64,000 nucleotides of DNA from Podarcis vaucheri (taxonomy: Eukaryota): the NCBI GenBank assembly GCA_965113315.1, contig OZ220365.1; one strand, written 5' to 3'. Shown piece after piece: positions 25,488-38,915 of this stretch. The first letter of the stretch is position 1, and the number at the start of each line of letters is the position of its first letter. The position numbers were made by a program, and so were the translations under genes. The notes beneath the pieces are model-generated. The model saw only the letters and a list, made by a program, of their open reading frames with translations. It searched no databases and was not told the DNA's origin.

Positions 25488-25622
25488 CAGGCATGGCCAA
25501 ACCTGGCCCTCCAGCTGTTTGGGACTACAGTTCCCAACCTCCTTGACCATTGGTCCTGTTAGCTAGGGAAGGTGGGAGTTGTAGTCCCCAAACAGCTGGA
25601 GGGCCCAGTTTGGCCATGTCTC
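25488..25622. mobile_element. Palindromic hAT MITE, 135 bp
   Basis: Long inverted arms CAGGCATGGCCAAAC..CCCTCCAGCTGTTTGGGACTACA; perfect 8-bp TSD CCCTAAAG. Confidence 0.92.
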
Positions 25623-26474
25623 CCCTAAAGAATGGAGCGAGCCAGATGACACACAGAGGAAGCCTAAATGTATTTGGGTACACAAGTGAAGGTTCAGTGC
25701 AACTATGAAAAGGCCAGCAGATGCAACCTGGATCACACAATGCGTACATGAACAAACACACTTGACTAGGGCTATAACCTCATGGCACTAAATAACTCCT
25801 GTGTAAGCAGAGATCCATTCTGTGTCATCCGCTAATTACCCGAAGGCTCTGAATGTACCCAAGGCTATCTGCATAAAGAGAGGGCTATTCCAGAAGTGCC
25901 GAAACGATGCATGAAGCTGCTTCTTTCCTTTCCCAGTTTAGAGAAGGGCTTGTGAAATGTTCGCTGAAGGCCAAAAGCAGGAAGCTCACATACTCAGTCA
26001 TGTCTGCTGGCAGCAGTTCCTGTCTGTTGCTCCTTCACCACACCCTGCAGAGAGGGGCTCTTATCTTTCACCGGGCAAATATTTTGGCAAGCTGCCCATA
26101 CGCGCAGCACATTTATGATCAGACATTTAGCATTCGGCCCAGTGCAGTAGCACAAGAGCTACGCACAGCTTAAGCGCTATTTGATACGCAGGCCGTTCGC
26201 TGGCCTTCTGCCCAGGGATGAATTTCACCCCAAATGATCTTTGAATGCAACCTAAAAAAAATAAATGTAGCTTTTTAAATTTCAAGAGAGACAAACATGT
26301 TTTCTAACAAATTATTTATAAAACAAGTTGATGACAGAAAAATAATAATAATTTCTTTCAAGTTTTGGGAACATTAAAAACCACTCCCCTCTTCAAAACT
26401 ATGAAGAATGAAGACTACTCCATCCCATATAAACTGCTTGGCCTGACTTCTACTGCTGCGTGGATGTGTGTGTG

Positions 26475-26516
<42 letters not shown>

Positions 26517-26547
26517 ATCTATCATCTATCATCTATCTATCTATCTA
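26475..26547. repeat. (TCTA)n microsatellite, imperfect
   Basis: Direct read. Confidence 0.95.
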
Positions 26548-26875
26548 AAAAACCACACAAAAACCAAACCCTTGACTGTTACTGAGGGTACTAATATTGT
26601 TTGTCATGTAGCTGCAAGAAGCTGCTTCCTTTCAGATGTCATCACCAGACATCATGTACATTAGAATTATGAAAGTGATATAATGCCATTTCCACCAACC
26701 AACCAAAAAAACCCCGTATCATGGTTGCTGGAAGGAAAGCAGACATCCAGACTTCTTTACTGCTGCTGCTGCTTTAATTCAACTTTGATGAGGATCCATG
26801 CATGGATGCAAATAAAAGAACAGAAAGGTGGAAACTGGAAACATTAACCAAGCAGCTGCAGACCAGCAATACTGC

Positions 26876-27311
26876 TAGGGATGGAGAGATCTGTCAATTT
26901 CAGTTCTCTCTGTTTCTCAGTCCCCCCCCCGCCCATCTTAAATTCATCCTCCACATTTTGCAGCAATTTGTGACTTGAAACAAAATTCTCATGAAAATCC
27001 TTCAGAATTTTAGTGCAAATTCCTCCTAATGAAAACATTTTAACATGCAGTTTTGACAGATGTACACATTTTTGAAAGCAATGCATCTGTGCATGTTATT
27101 TTTGCCATTATTTCCTCATTTCCTGCACAGTTTTCCCTAACTTGTGTATTTTTATAAACACTGGTTGGCTGGTGAACCTACACTGCAAAATTCAGATAAG
27201 TGTGAATTTTGAAGGACAGCAGTGTTTTTGCTTGCATATTGCTTCAGAAAATGCAAAACTGATAGATTTGGCCTTAAATGCATATGGAAACGAATTTCTC
27301 CTCCATCCCTA
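26876..27311. mobile_element. Non-autonomous DNA transposon (hAT-like)
   Basis: TIR TAGGGATGGA/TCCATCCCTA; TSD not resolved. Confidence 0.65.
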
Positions 27312-27386
27312 CTGCCAAGCCAAATGCGGCTAGTAGTAGTCATGTACTGTGACCTGCCAGGTGCTGGATGGAACTCTTTGTTTTCT

Positions 27387-27630
27387 AAGAACATAGCAAG
27401 AGCCTCCTAGATCAAGCGAAATGCCCACCTAGTCCAGTTGACTGTTCTCAGAGGCCAACCAGATGCCCATGGAAAGCCCAGAAACAGAACCTGAGTACCA
27501 CAGCATCCTCTCCACCTGTGATTCTGAGCATCTGTCATTCAAAGGCATACCACATTTGACAGCAGAAGTAGAGCATAGCCATTGTAGCTGGTAGTAATCA
27601 TTGACAGCATTATCCCCCATGAATCTGTCT
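27387..27630 (-). mobile_element. CR1 3'-UTR fragment (related pieces near 23530-23620, 28950-29072 and 48362-48540)
   Basis: aagaacata...gagcc..ctagatcaag...ctagtccag...gccaaccagatgccc, recurring in four places. Confidence 0.65.
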
Positions 27631-30329
27631 ATGTGCTAGGTAAGCAGCAGAACCTGGAAGTTTATAGAGCTTCTCCTGGGTGGCCACACATAGCTGGCAG
27701 GTGGCATATGGCTTCACGGGTCACAAATTGTGCAGGTTTGATACAGCAGAAAGCAGATCAAAGTGTTAATGGTCCAATAAATGCCGTATAACATAAACAA
27801 CCTTCTGCAAGATATCGTTTTCTCTCTGCTGCAGTGTTTTAACCTCTATTAGCCTGTAAGGAGGGCACATTTATCGAAGAATTGCTGAACAAGCTTTCAC
27901 AAAAAATCTTGATTAGTACAGACAAAATTCAAGCAGGGGGAGGAAAGAGTTAATGGAGTGGAACATAAATTCAAGCTGAATATTACATCTCATTAAGGAA
28001 CTCCAGCACAGTAATGCACATAAGAACAATAAAAAGCAAGAAATGTTTAGAAAAAAAAAAGTGAAACAAAAGAAGTGTGGTTGCCCAGTTCCATATCTTA
28101 CAAGCTTCCTGTGCTCCTCATGGCTCTGTAAGTGAGTGTGGGGATTATAAGGGATATATCACTATGGTCTAAAGCTCACTTTACTCCTCCCATGCCTCTT
28201 GACAGTGCCTGGCTCAAGAGAAACGCAACAGGGCCTTCCCCCACTGCTGATTCTGCTCTGCCATTTTTTATTTTTAAAATTCTCACTGTTTCATTCTAAC
28301 TAAGGATCAGCAAAATAATTGTGTGAGCCATATACATAGTAAATTGTAATTTGGGGCTTCATCATTGCATGCTTTTACCTATCAAAATATTATTTTCAAT
28401 TAAGATCTTGGATCTTTACATCTTCATCTAAGCTATCAGAGAACGGTTAACAGATGGAGTACTAAATGGTTATGGAAGTTTCTCTGGGTGAGATGTTATG
28501 CCACTGGGTGCTAGTTGCTGGGAGCTGCAGGTGGGCATTAAGTCTGGGCAATGTTTTCATGCATCGCCCAGGACCAGTTTGGGAGCCAGAGTATGATGGC
28601 TCCTTCACCTGTCTCTTTCCGCATGCTGGGTGCTGGCAGCAGAGGGACTCCCTCCCCTGCCAGCATCCAGCAGGAAGAATGGCTGATGTGGCTCATTGTT
28701 CCCTCTGCTCCAGGTGCTGGCAGTGGAGGGACTCCTTGCACTGCCAGTGCCCAGTGGGAGGAACAGGCTGCATCAGGCGCCAGGGTGAAACTGCTGCCAC
28801 TCCCACCAAGGGAACTGGGGCGGCTTCACCCTAGCACCTCCGGACCAATGCAGCTTGTTCCTCTGCTTTTCAACATTGCAATATATTGCCATATGACAAT
28901 GTTTGGCTGGCGATACACCGCAATGTTGAAAAGCTGACCTCTCCCAGACCTAGTAGGCAGAGTACTGTTGCACTCATGAGTTCCCATGAGCATCTGGTCA
29001 GCCACGGTGAGAATAGGATGCTGGACTAGATGGGCTCTTGACCTGTTCCAGCAAGCTTGTCTTACGTTATGTTTTCCAGTACTATCCTAGAAGGCAAAGG
29101 ATGAGATACTGTATGGAAACACTTGTATATCAAGGCAGAGGAGATGCATGGAGATGGTTGATGGCCGAGATTTTTGATACAAATGAGCTAATCACCCTAA
29201 AGCATGCCAATTTTCCAATTAACCATGCCCTCACTGGTACTGCTGTAGCGTGTACCATCTGGCTAGGAAAATGAAATATAAAGCGTATCCTCCGAGACAA
29301 TCATAAATGACTTTTGCTTTACTGGACACCAATTAACTGGCTGAAAATTTACTTTTGCCTTGGCACACACTCCCTCTTTAGAGACCAAAAAATTACCTAC
29401 ACTGATTAGGACTTTGGCATACAGCAGCTATTCAACATGTTGGCTTAATACTCTCAGGTTATAAACAGAATTTTACACTGACCTGCCCTTCAATTAAGTA
29501 ATTAGCAATGAACAGGGAAGGAAATTGCCTCTCCTTTATGACTGCCCCCCCCCACAAAGAAAGAGTGATGAATCAATTTATACTCTCAGGTCTGTTGATT
29601 CTGAGAGCCATCTCTTGGATTTGATCATGAACATAAGACTGGGAGGAAAATACATTTCTGCCAACTCCGTATTTTCTAAAGGGAGTGAAAAATTTCCATT
29701 TCAGTGCCAGGATAATGACCAAAGCACACTCCCAGCTTAGTCTAATTCACATAAATAAACAGAACAGCTGCCATTTTGGAAAACCTCTGTTTATGAAAGT
29801 TGAACAGGAAGAAACCAGTGGTGTCCAGGACCACCGCTACCATTGACAGATGATGAGAGGCAGCCAGCTAAATTGCATACACACATCCATTCATTTAAAG
29901 CATGTTTAAAGCACATCTTCCCCAAAGAATAATGGGAACTGTAATTTGCCAATGGTGTTGGGATCGGTAGCTCTGTAGACACTTCCAAGTAAATATGCTT
30001 GGAATGGAAGTGCATTGTGTGGCTCTCCTAATTATAATGTTCCAGGACAACTTGGCCTGGGAATCAGTTCTGATATGGTTTTCATAAGATACAGACCTTC
30101 ATCTATTAATGGGTCATACAAACAAAAGGACAGCCACAGAATGCCATTCTGTTTCCAGCAGTAGCTGATGGTAACTTGACAAGCAAGACATGTTGGTGAT
30201 GAACATCCTCTGTCATCTGCTCTCAACATCTGGTACTCTCAGTTATGTACTCTCCCAAAATACAGATGCTTCATCTCTTGCAATGATGATTAATAGTCAT
30301 CAGTAAGACTAATATGTGCTGATGTGTCA

Positions 30330-30940
30330 CAGGGGCTAGAGAGCATGCAACGAATCCAAAAGTCCCCAGTTCAAATCTTGTAACTTGAATGAACTCTGTA
30401 GGTACCCTTTGTAAAGCTACTCCTTCAGCCTCAATCACCACCACCATCATTATGAAGGATAATTGTACTGACTCACCAAACAGTGTTGATGTAAGGATTA
30501 ACACTAGAAAGTGCATGTGAAACACTTTGGAGATGATAAAAGGCAAAGGTAAAGGGACCCCTGACCATTAGGTCCAGTCGTGATCAACTCTGGGGTTGCG
30601 GCGCTCATCTCGCTTTATTGGCTGAGGGAGCTGGCGTACAGCTTCTGGGTCATGTGGCCAGCATGACTAAGCCGTTTCTGGCGAACCAGAGCAGCACATG
30701 GAAACGCCGTTTACCTTCCCGTCGGAGCGGTACCTATTTATCTACTTGCACTTTGACATGCTTTCAAACTGCTAGGTTGGCAGGAGCAGGGACCGAGCAA
30801 TGGGAGCTCACCCCGTCGTGGGGATTTGAACTGCCAACCTTCTGATCAGCAAGTCTTAGGCTCTGTGTTGTAACCCACAGCGCCACCCGTGTCCCCTCTT
30901 GGAGATGATATACAAGTGTTAAATATTGTTGTTGTTGTTG
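30330..30940 (+). mobile_element. Old tRNA-derived, L2-tailed (MIR/CORE-like) SINE interrupted by the Sauria SINE
   Basis: B-box-like ccccagttcaaatc; 3' part gtgttgatgtaaggatta...tgtgaaacactttg resumes after the TSD with a (TTG)n tail; ends approximate. Confidence 0.55.
30539..30896 (-). mobile_element. Full-length Sauria SINE
   Basis: Complete head, body and tail; 12-bp TSD TTGGAGATGATA at 30527-30538 and 30899-30910. Confidence 0.93.
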
Positions 30941-33719
30941 ACTTATCCTCCACAGATTTATCACAGCCATGAAAAGAACAATTCTTTTTATTTCCTATAC
31001 CTCATACTATTTCTGTTTTGCAACTTTGAAAGAATGGTGTGAGGGCCATGTTTTTCCCCTAAATGTTCACATTCCCAGCAGAATTTAGAGCAGCCACTTT
31101 CTTTAAGAACAAATATGTATCAAACTTCAAAATACAATAGCAGGTGCTGAGCTTGCACCACAGTGTCACAGGTACATAAAAGAGCAGAATCGCATACATT
31201 TCTCTTAGGTATATTATTAGATTTGTCATTCTGTGCTCGGTGCCTAGAGAATCAGAGTTTTGTTACAGATACCAATAAGAGAGATTCGGTTCTTTGCCTC
31301 AAGCTTTAGCGAACCACACTTTTCATTACGGACGTCGCCAGTGGGAGCCCTGGAACTGGCCTATATATTACCCTCAAAGAGGAAGAAAGGAAGACGTGCA
31401 AATGGGGGGGGGGGAGGAATCGAAGCTTATGCTAGCATTTCTCAAATGAACACAAAATAGAAGTTGCAGGTTTCGACTCAGCGTTACTCTATGAACAGGT
31501 CTTTAAAAGTGAGGTCAGTGGCATGATACAGACCTGAGTCACTGTCCTCCAAACTGCACAATGGAAAGCAGAGCATCAGAGGCAGACTGAGTTAGTCAGG
31601 AAGGTGTGTGGGAGTGGGGTCAATTTGTAGGCTCAATGTTTTTCGAAACATGGCAATCAGTGGATGGGTCTGACTGGTTGCTACATCTGGTGGTGCAGAA
31701 AGCATCACACATCTATTGTACACCATGACAACAACTGTATTGAGTTAATCTGCCGAGAGCCCTGCTTCAGGAACGGGTGCTGAACTATGTTGGCATTCAA
31801 GCTTTTCTAGTCCTGTGACTCTCTCTTCTAGCTTTCCTAAGTGTTCTATGCTTTTATACCTAGCTATCAATAAACTGAACACAGTAATCATTGAACTATA
31901 GGCAGACTTGGTTGCAGTGCTATTTTTGAGAAGCAGTAGTAAGAGGTACCCATATCAGATTTAGTAAGGCAATCTTTATTTACCTTTTGGGTTTTGCTTT
32001 AAAAAGCACTAATGGAAAAAAGCTGCTATTTTTAAATCTTATGAACACTAATTCTTCCACACTGAATGAGACCAAATTAGAGTTTGTGATTAACTTCCGT
32101 ATTTACAAGTATCAATGGGGCCTCTAGCTCGCTGAATGTCTTCCAGGAAGAGAAAGATGATCCAAGTTGCATTTCCTGAGAGTGAAGTGAGAGATGTTTG
32201 GCATTTATGGAAAGACATTTCTTCTTCCAGCTGACACCTACCATCACCTGTCACGTTACAAATAATTTGATGATCAGTGGCCGTGAGGTTGGCGTGAACC
32301 TCTGTCCTCCTAGGGTGGGTGATGATGTCTTTAATGCCACCTTAAACCAGGACTCTGAAATCTTAGCCTTTTGTGTTTGCGCTGAGGATTCAACAAACAG
32401 AGGCATGATACTCATGGAAAGCTGAAGCTCCAAGGACCGAAAAGAATAATCCTTCTTGCTGACATTGTCAGCAGCAACACATTAAGGCACAGCACTTACA
32501 ATGTGGAAAAAAATTCAGACAACAAACAAGTGCCCTGGAGAAGAAGAACAAAAGAGCAGCGAGCTACTAATAAGACCCAGCTGCAAGTCAGTGCCAATGC
32601 AGGATATCTGAATGCAAATTCAAATGAGAATCAAGATCTGCTCTCTGCTACTCAGAATAAGGATAAAGGCACAAGGAACTCTTACATTTATTTTTATTGT
32701 CTACATTTTGTATACTGCTTATTCACAGTCATGTGTAAGCTGTTATTCAGCTTGCTCAAATGTTGTTTTGTTTTATTTTTAAAAAGGATAAATGCCATTC
32801 CAGAACAACTCTCAATGCAATCCTCAACATATAGAGGATCTGGGTCATATCCAGAACTAATTAGTTGCAATCAGGCCCTACTTAAATCAACATTAAAACT
32901 TAATAATGACTAGGAGATGTTCCACTGATTCCAGTGAACCTAGGATATAACCCATTAAAATTAAACTAAACAACAGATATTCAATACAAGAATAAAAATG
33001 CAGCAGGTTTAAAGCATCAGTTGTATTTGCAGTGGGGACTGTTGTGTCTATATTTGGTAGTCCCGTGTGTATTGAATGTTAAGATTGTTTCTACTGCAGC
33101 AATGTGTGGGCAGACTCTTCAGGGAAATGTATGGGTTTGGCAGTTGCAGCAGCACCATTTATAATGTATTTACTGTATTTTTCAGTTGCCTCATGCAATG
33201 AACCTCAAGGTGACGTACAAGACAGCCCCAGGGAGAACTTCGTGCTCTAGCAGCCCTTGGGGTTTACTTCCAGATAAGCTGCATAGCCTGGTGCCAACCT
33301 TCAATTTCAGTTTGTGCAGTAAACACAAATCTCGGAGAGCCACCTCCAGCAAATCCACCCTGCTCCTAATTTTCCTTCTGTGCAACACCCTAACTTCAAA
33401 ACAAGGACGAAACCAAGATGTATCACAGACTCAAAAGCTGAATGACCTAACCTGGATATTTGGATGCCACAATCAATTTCAGGACATCACATGTTACGGG
33501 AATAGTGAACAGTATGGATGGCTCAGATGTGACATATTGACTCTGAAGGTGTTTTGAATCCAGAAATGTATGAAACCACCAATGCTCCAATTGAATGCAA
33601 TATGACTCCTGCTGAGGAAATTCAGAAAAATACACAGAGCCATAGAAACCTACTCACATGGGCAGCATATAACATTGAGAAGCACTACTCAACTGAAAGC
33701 CAATGTTGATACTGTAGAC

Positions 33720-33927
33720 AAGGCATGTCCAACTCCCGTGATCTACTCACAAAAATACTGGCTGTGATCTACCAATTGTTATTGACAGGCAAAGTTGTTG
33801 AGCTTTCTTTAGGGGAACCAAAGCTTGGGGGGCGGGGAATCACCAAGCGTCATGCGATCTACTGCGATCTACCACAGACGTCCAGTGATCTACCGGTAGA
33901 TAGCAATCTGCCTGTTGGACATGCCTG
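33720..33927. mobile_element. hAT MITE with GATCTAC subterminal repeats
   Basis: TIR AGGCATGTCCAAC/GTTGGACATGCCT; perfect 8-bp TSD CTGTAGAC. Confidence 0.9.
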
Positions 33928-35629
33928 CTGTAGACCCAACCATAATATGTTTGCTAATAAGGTGGCCTAATTTGCACACTGCGCTGATGATATCACATCA
34001 TATCAGTGTCAATGCAGTTGGATCTGGTATGTCCAGAATTGTCACCTTGGTCTCAGCAACAGTACAAGAAAACATACAGTTTTATACCTAGGTGATATGA
34101 AAGGTAATTTTGTTCTGCTCATTACAGATTTCCACACAATATTTTGTTTCCTAAAAGCCCTGGCAAAAATATGGCGATGGGGGTGGGGGTGAGTGGGAGA
34201 GAGAGAGACTTGGACAGCTGCAGGTAGAAAACATTACAGTCCAACAACAGTTGGACAAATACTCAACCAACTAATTCAGCAAAGGTACTTGCTACAAACC
34301 ATTTCTGCCCTCACAGATCCATCATGTGTTTCATTGATTTGCTGTCTTGAGAACTTACTGATGGCCATTTGGAATTTATTTTTAATTTTGTTGTTATCAT
34401 CATCACCACCACCACCTAAGTAACTTTTTTAAAAAATAATGTTTAACATAAAATATTATATAAGTCTAGTAAATTTCTATTACAATTTGGGCAATTCCCC
34501 ACTGATTTGCAATGATTCTCATCAGGTCTTGTTTTTCATATATCCCATCTGTATTCAAATAAAGTTTTGAAAAATGAGTATTTTGTTTCCTCATAACAAA
34601 CTGATTTTAGCATGTTCTACAAGAGACATCAACCACTCTGCTTGCAAAGGTGGCTGTCTTATTCCAAGACAGGGGTATCAGAATCATCACATTGGACAAC
34701 AGGTGCAATTGGAGTGTAATTGTAATGGAAATCTGAATAGAAAAGAGAAATATTTATGTAGATTGAATGGTAATTTGGTTGCAATCGAAATAGGTTTTAG
34801 CTTATAAGCAGATGAGCTATATACTCATATCATTTAGATGCAATATCATATTGCATCTAAAGGGAAAACACTAAGTTTTCTTTCTTGTTGGAAAAAAATA
34901 TTACCTAAAAAACTTTATTCGCTTTTAAAAGGCAGGGGAACCATATTTGAAGGAATGTGCATGCAGGAAAGTCTAAAATAATTTCATTTTTAAAAAAGAA
35001 AATATGATTTCATATCTCAACGGAGAAAAAGTAGTCACAAACTAGAGGCCGTACTATGCTCAGTGTTTGTATACTGAGTGAGGCTCCAAATGTTGTTTTC
35101 AGATGATTCACAGCTCTCGATCCTGCATGAACAGAGCTCTATACCAAAAATAATAGGAGTTATGAGCTTCACTGGTTTAGCCTTCAGAATCTGTAACCTA
35201 GCCTAGCTCCACATTTTAAGCCTCACTAACGTGATAAGCTTCAGCTCTGTAGCCTCTGGGGCTCAGGGCCATTTAAAAAACTCTTCTGCAGTGTGTTAAT
35301 GGGTTTTTAGCTTGCAGGCATGACTCCAGATTTAAAGAAGTTTTAAAAATACTTTACATGATTCAGAAACCTGGAACCTCCCCCCCCCCCCCTTTCTTCC
35401 AGTGAAATACAATTAGGCAAATCAGATAGCATGCGTGCCATTATCCTTCAGAGGGTGGTTGGAATGGATTAGATGCTTCCTATATGACCTAGAAAACTGC
35501 TTTGAAAGCCTTCTCACCCAGATCTAATCTTGTGACAAGTACTGGCCAGAGAGAGAGAGAGAACACTTCTGTTACTTAAAGCCCATGGCAAGAAAATACT
35601 ATTGCAACTTCAGGGCGAAGAAGAGTTAT

Positions 35630-35765
35630 NNNNNNNNNNNNNNNNNNNNNNNNNNNNNNNNNNNNNNNNNNNNNNNNNNNNNNNNNNNNNNNNNNNNNNN
35701 NNNNNNNNNNNNNNNNNNNNNNNNNNNNNNNNNNNNNNNNNNNNNNNNNNNNNNNNNNNNNNNNN
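35630..35765. other. Assembly gap (136 N)
   Basis: Run of N. Confidence 1.
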
Positions 35766-35857
35766 TAAAGAATGACTTAATCTGAGGGTTGTGGGTTCAT
35801 TGCATTGCAGGGAGTTAAACTAGGTGATCCTTGGTCCCTTGCAACTCTATGATTCTA
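35766..35857 (+). mobile_element. Remnant of tRNA(Lys)-headed, CR1-tailed SINE abutting the assembly gap
   Basis: cttaatctgagggttgtgggttca resembles the tRNA-Lys anticodon/T arm; followed by CR1 3' end ggtcccttgcaactctatgattctat. Confidence 0.55.
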
Positions 35858-35909
35858 TACACTGCATACCCTCCAACAGTTCTCTAATGAAAATAGGGAC
35901 AACAACAAT

Positions 35910-36090
35910 AAGGTTGCCATACGTCTGGAATTTCCAGGACATATCCTGAATACTGCAGCTGGCAGCATTTTCCATAAAAATAGCTCAAAAATGTCATTTT
36001 GGGGGGCGATTTTTTTGGGGGGGGGAGAGAAAAAAGCAGCTCAACAACTTTCCTGTCCGAATTTCCACTGTTTGTAATATGACAATACTA
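35910..36090. mobile_element. hAT-Blackjack-like MITE remnant
   Basis: TAAGGTTGCCATA...TATGACAATACTA degenerate TIRs. Confidence 0.5.
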
Positions 36091-36409
36091 AATAATAATA
36101 ACAATTGTTGTTGTTGTTGATTTATTTATACCTCACCCATCTGTCTGAGTGGCCCCAGCCACACTGGGTGGCTTCAAACAAATATAAAAATGTAGTAAAA
36201 CATGAAAATTTTTTTGAAAATCCCTATAGATGGTTGCCAAAAAACGCAGCAGATGTATCCCCCTCACCCCTGCATTTTAACCTGCATCTGCACAGTGTTG
36301 CTCACATCAGAGCGGGAGCAGGGATGTCTTCACCCAACATGCATGACATTTTGGTTCCCCCACTCCTGCAATCCACCCTCCCTGGAACTCCTATACATGA
36401 AGCTGTCAT

Positions 36410-36412
<3 letters not shown>

Positions 36413-36440
<28 letters not shown>

Positions 36441-36441
36441 C
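36413..36441. repeat. (CA)n microsatellite
   Basis: Direct read. Confidence 0.95.
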
Positions 36442-37559
36442 CAGCTGTCTCAAATACCCACACTATTCTTTCTAGTCAGATGGGGACCACGTCAAACAGC
36501 CGTATTTGTCAAGAAACGACAAGATCAATACGGATTGCGGCTAACATGGTGTGAATGCCGCTCCAAAAAACTAACATTGGCTGCACATTGGCCGCGGTGA
36601 ACTTATCTGTAAATCTGTTAGGATAAGTTTTCGCTCAGGCCTGGGTTTCCTGAACAGAAGAAAGTCCACCCAGTGAGTTTTACATCCCAGTTCATCAAAA
36701 GCTTATTTCATGGGAAATAAATTAACAATTTCACCTCAGAAGAATCAAGTTCAAGGTGCACTTCTCACTTACTCAACGACTATTGATCCCATTCTCATGC
36801 AGTGCTTCCCACATACGTGCCCTACTTTCTTAAAAGATGTACAACAAACTAGGGAAGCAGCTGGAAAATGTTCATAAATGGTCAGTTATGGGCAGGTAGA
36901 ATGGAAGTGAGTTTACATCAGAAACAGCAGGTGCTAGAGTTACTATTATTATTATTATTTATTTATTAAACTTATTAATTGCATTTATTCATTCATTTTT
37001 ATTTCCCCTCTGAATGCATGAATGCACTTGCAAACAGTGTTATAACAGGGAGGCCATCAACCTTTCTGGGCCCATGGGTATATTTAGATTAAAAAATAAT
37101 AATAATAAAAAAGAATGCTGTTGGGAACTGCTACAAAATTGCTGGGCTGGGTGGATGAATGGGGGGAGACCTTGTCACAAAATGGTTGCCATGGCCTGGT
37201 GGAAAGCATGCCCAACCACAATTTGGCATGCCCAGTCACACTGTATGTGTGTGTATATGTGTGTGTAGGTTCCAGAAGGGAGGCAATCAGGCCAAGAGCA
37301 GGGGGGGGAAGCAAAACACAAGAGTTGTTGCCCTCCTGACCTTAGAGGAAAGGGGAACAAAACAACCAAAAAGGCAGGCTGACAGGAAAAGCAAGAGAAG
37401 CAAATTCTAACAAACAGGCAGGCCCATCTTCCCCAGTAAGGAGGATGGAAACAAACAAGCAGACAGACTGGGCAATTGGGATGACAATTGGCCTCAGTAG
37501 CCAAGTTCACAAGTCACTCTAAAACATGTTTTACCAAATATTTATGAGCAAGAACAAGA

Positions 37560-37890
37560 CGTGGGTTCACATACTCCCTGCTCCCCTCTTCTCCTCCATT
37601 GCAGCCAAGAGGTGGCTGTTCGCTTCTGCTTTTAGTTAACCACAGTTTGTCATGTCATCTAGATCTGGAATTGTGATTGACATCAACTATGGTCAGTTTC
37701 AAACAAGCCAACTTCAAACTGAGGTTTCTGAAATTGGCTTGTTGAAACCAACCACAATTAATATTACTCACAACTCTGGGTCCAGGTGACACAGCAAATT
37801 GTGGTTGACTAAAAGCAAAAACAGAAGCTTCTGAAATCCTCTTGTCAACACAGGATGAAGAGAGAAGAGGGAGGAGAGCAGGACCCCAAA
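37560..37890. mobile_element. Long imperfect foldback (MITE)
   Basis: Arms ctgctcccctcttctc...gcttttagttaaccaca...gtttcaaacaagccaa pair with ttggcttgttgaaac...tgtggttgactaaaagc...gagaagagggaggagagcag. Confidence 0.6.
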
Positions 37891-38880
37891 TCTTGCTACA
37901 TCTCGTCCCTGCTCATGCATGTCATGTTAAGCAACTGTGAATAATGCAATACTATCCTTTGCTCCTGTTTAAAGAAGGATTACATGAAGGTCTTAGAAGA
38001 AGAATTCTGGGGGTAATTGTGACAACACACACCATGTGGTGCAAGCAGCACAAGCTTATCATGATAGTACAAGTAAGAGACTGCATGATAAACAGCCAAC
38101 ACAAACATTATCCAGATATAACGATCCTCATTACTATGTTATACAAAGCTTTGAATGATGTATGAGAATTCCTGGAAGATGGGAACAACAGCAGCTAATA
38201 GGTAAGATGCTCAGAGTATCTCCCGTGATTGTGTCTCTGCTATTATGAACTAGTGGAGTCTTTCAGAGGAAATGTAGTATTCCCTGGCTACTGTCCAGTG
38301 AGTCATTACTAGCAGGGTGAACCATGGCTTTGATCCAATACAGTTGTCTCTATGTCATTGTTCAATGCAAGCCAGATGGAAGGATTTTGTGATAAACCTG
38401 GCCAAAAATGAGATATATATATGGACTATTAATAGAGCTTTAACTGAGCCAGTGTATTTAATTTCACTTTACTAATTATTTCGTCAAAGAATGTAACAGT
38501 AACACCGTTATGAGCCATGACCTTCCTTCCCTGAAATCGTTTTCTTGAATCACAAGGGGTTTTTTTTGTTTGGTTTCAGTCAAACTTGGTACAATACCAG
38601 TTAAGCTAAAATGTGTGCTGTTGCTTACTAATGCGTCTCCATCTATCTGTACACATCCTTTTATGAGTGATACAATCATGCTGGCCAGTGAACATAAAAG
38701 AATGGCCTCTCTATTCTCAAATACCAGACTCCAGGGAGACTCTTTAGGCACACATAAGCATATGAAATGAATGCAGCATGCAATTGCAAACTATTTTCTA
38801 ACAAGAGCTCCCCACACTGCATACACAAATAGATTTAGAAACTCCCAAAGTGCCTCATCAAGTTGGGCAGCAAGCTTCTG

Positions 38881-38883
<3 letters not shown>

Positions 38884-38913
<30 letters not shown>
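38884..38913. repeat. (CA)n microsatellite
   Basis: Direct read. Confidence 0.95.
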
Positions 38914-38915
<2 letters not shown>

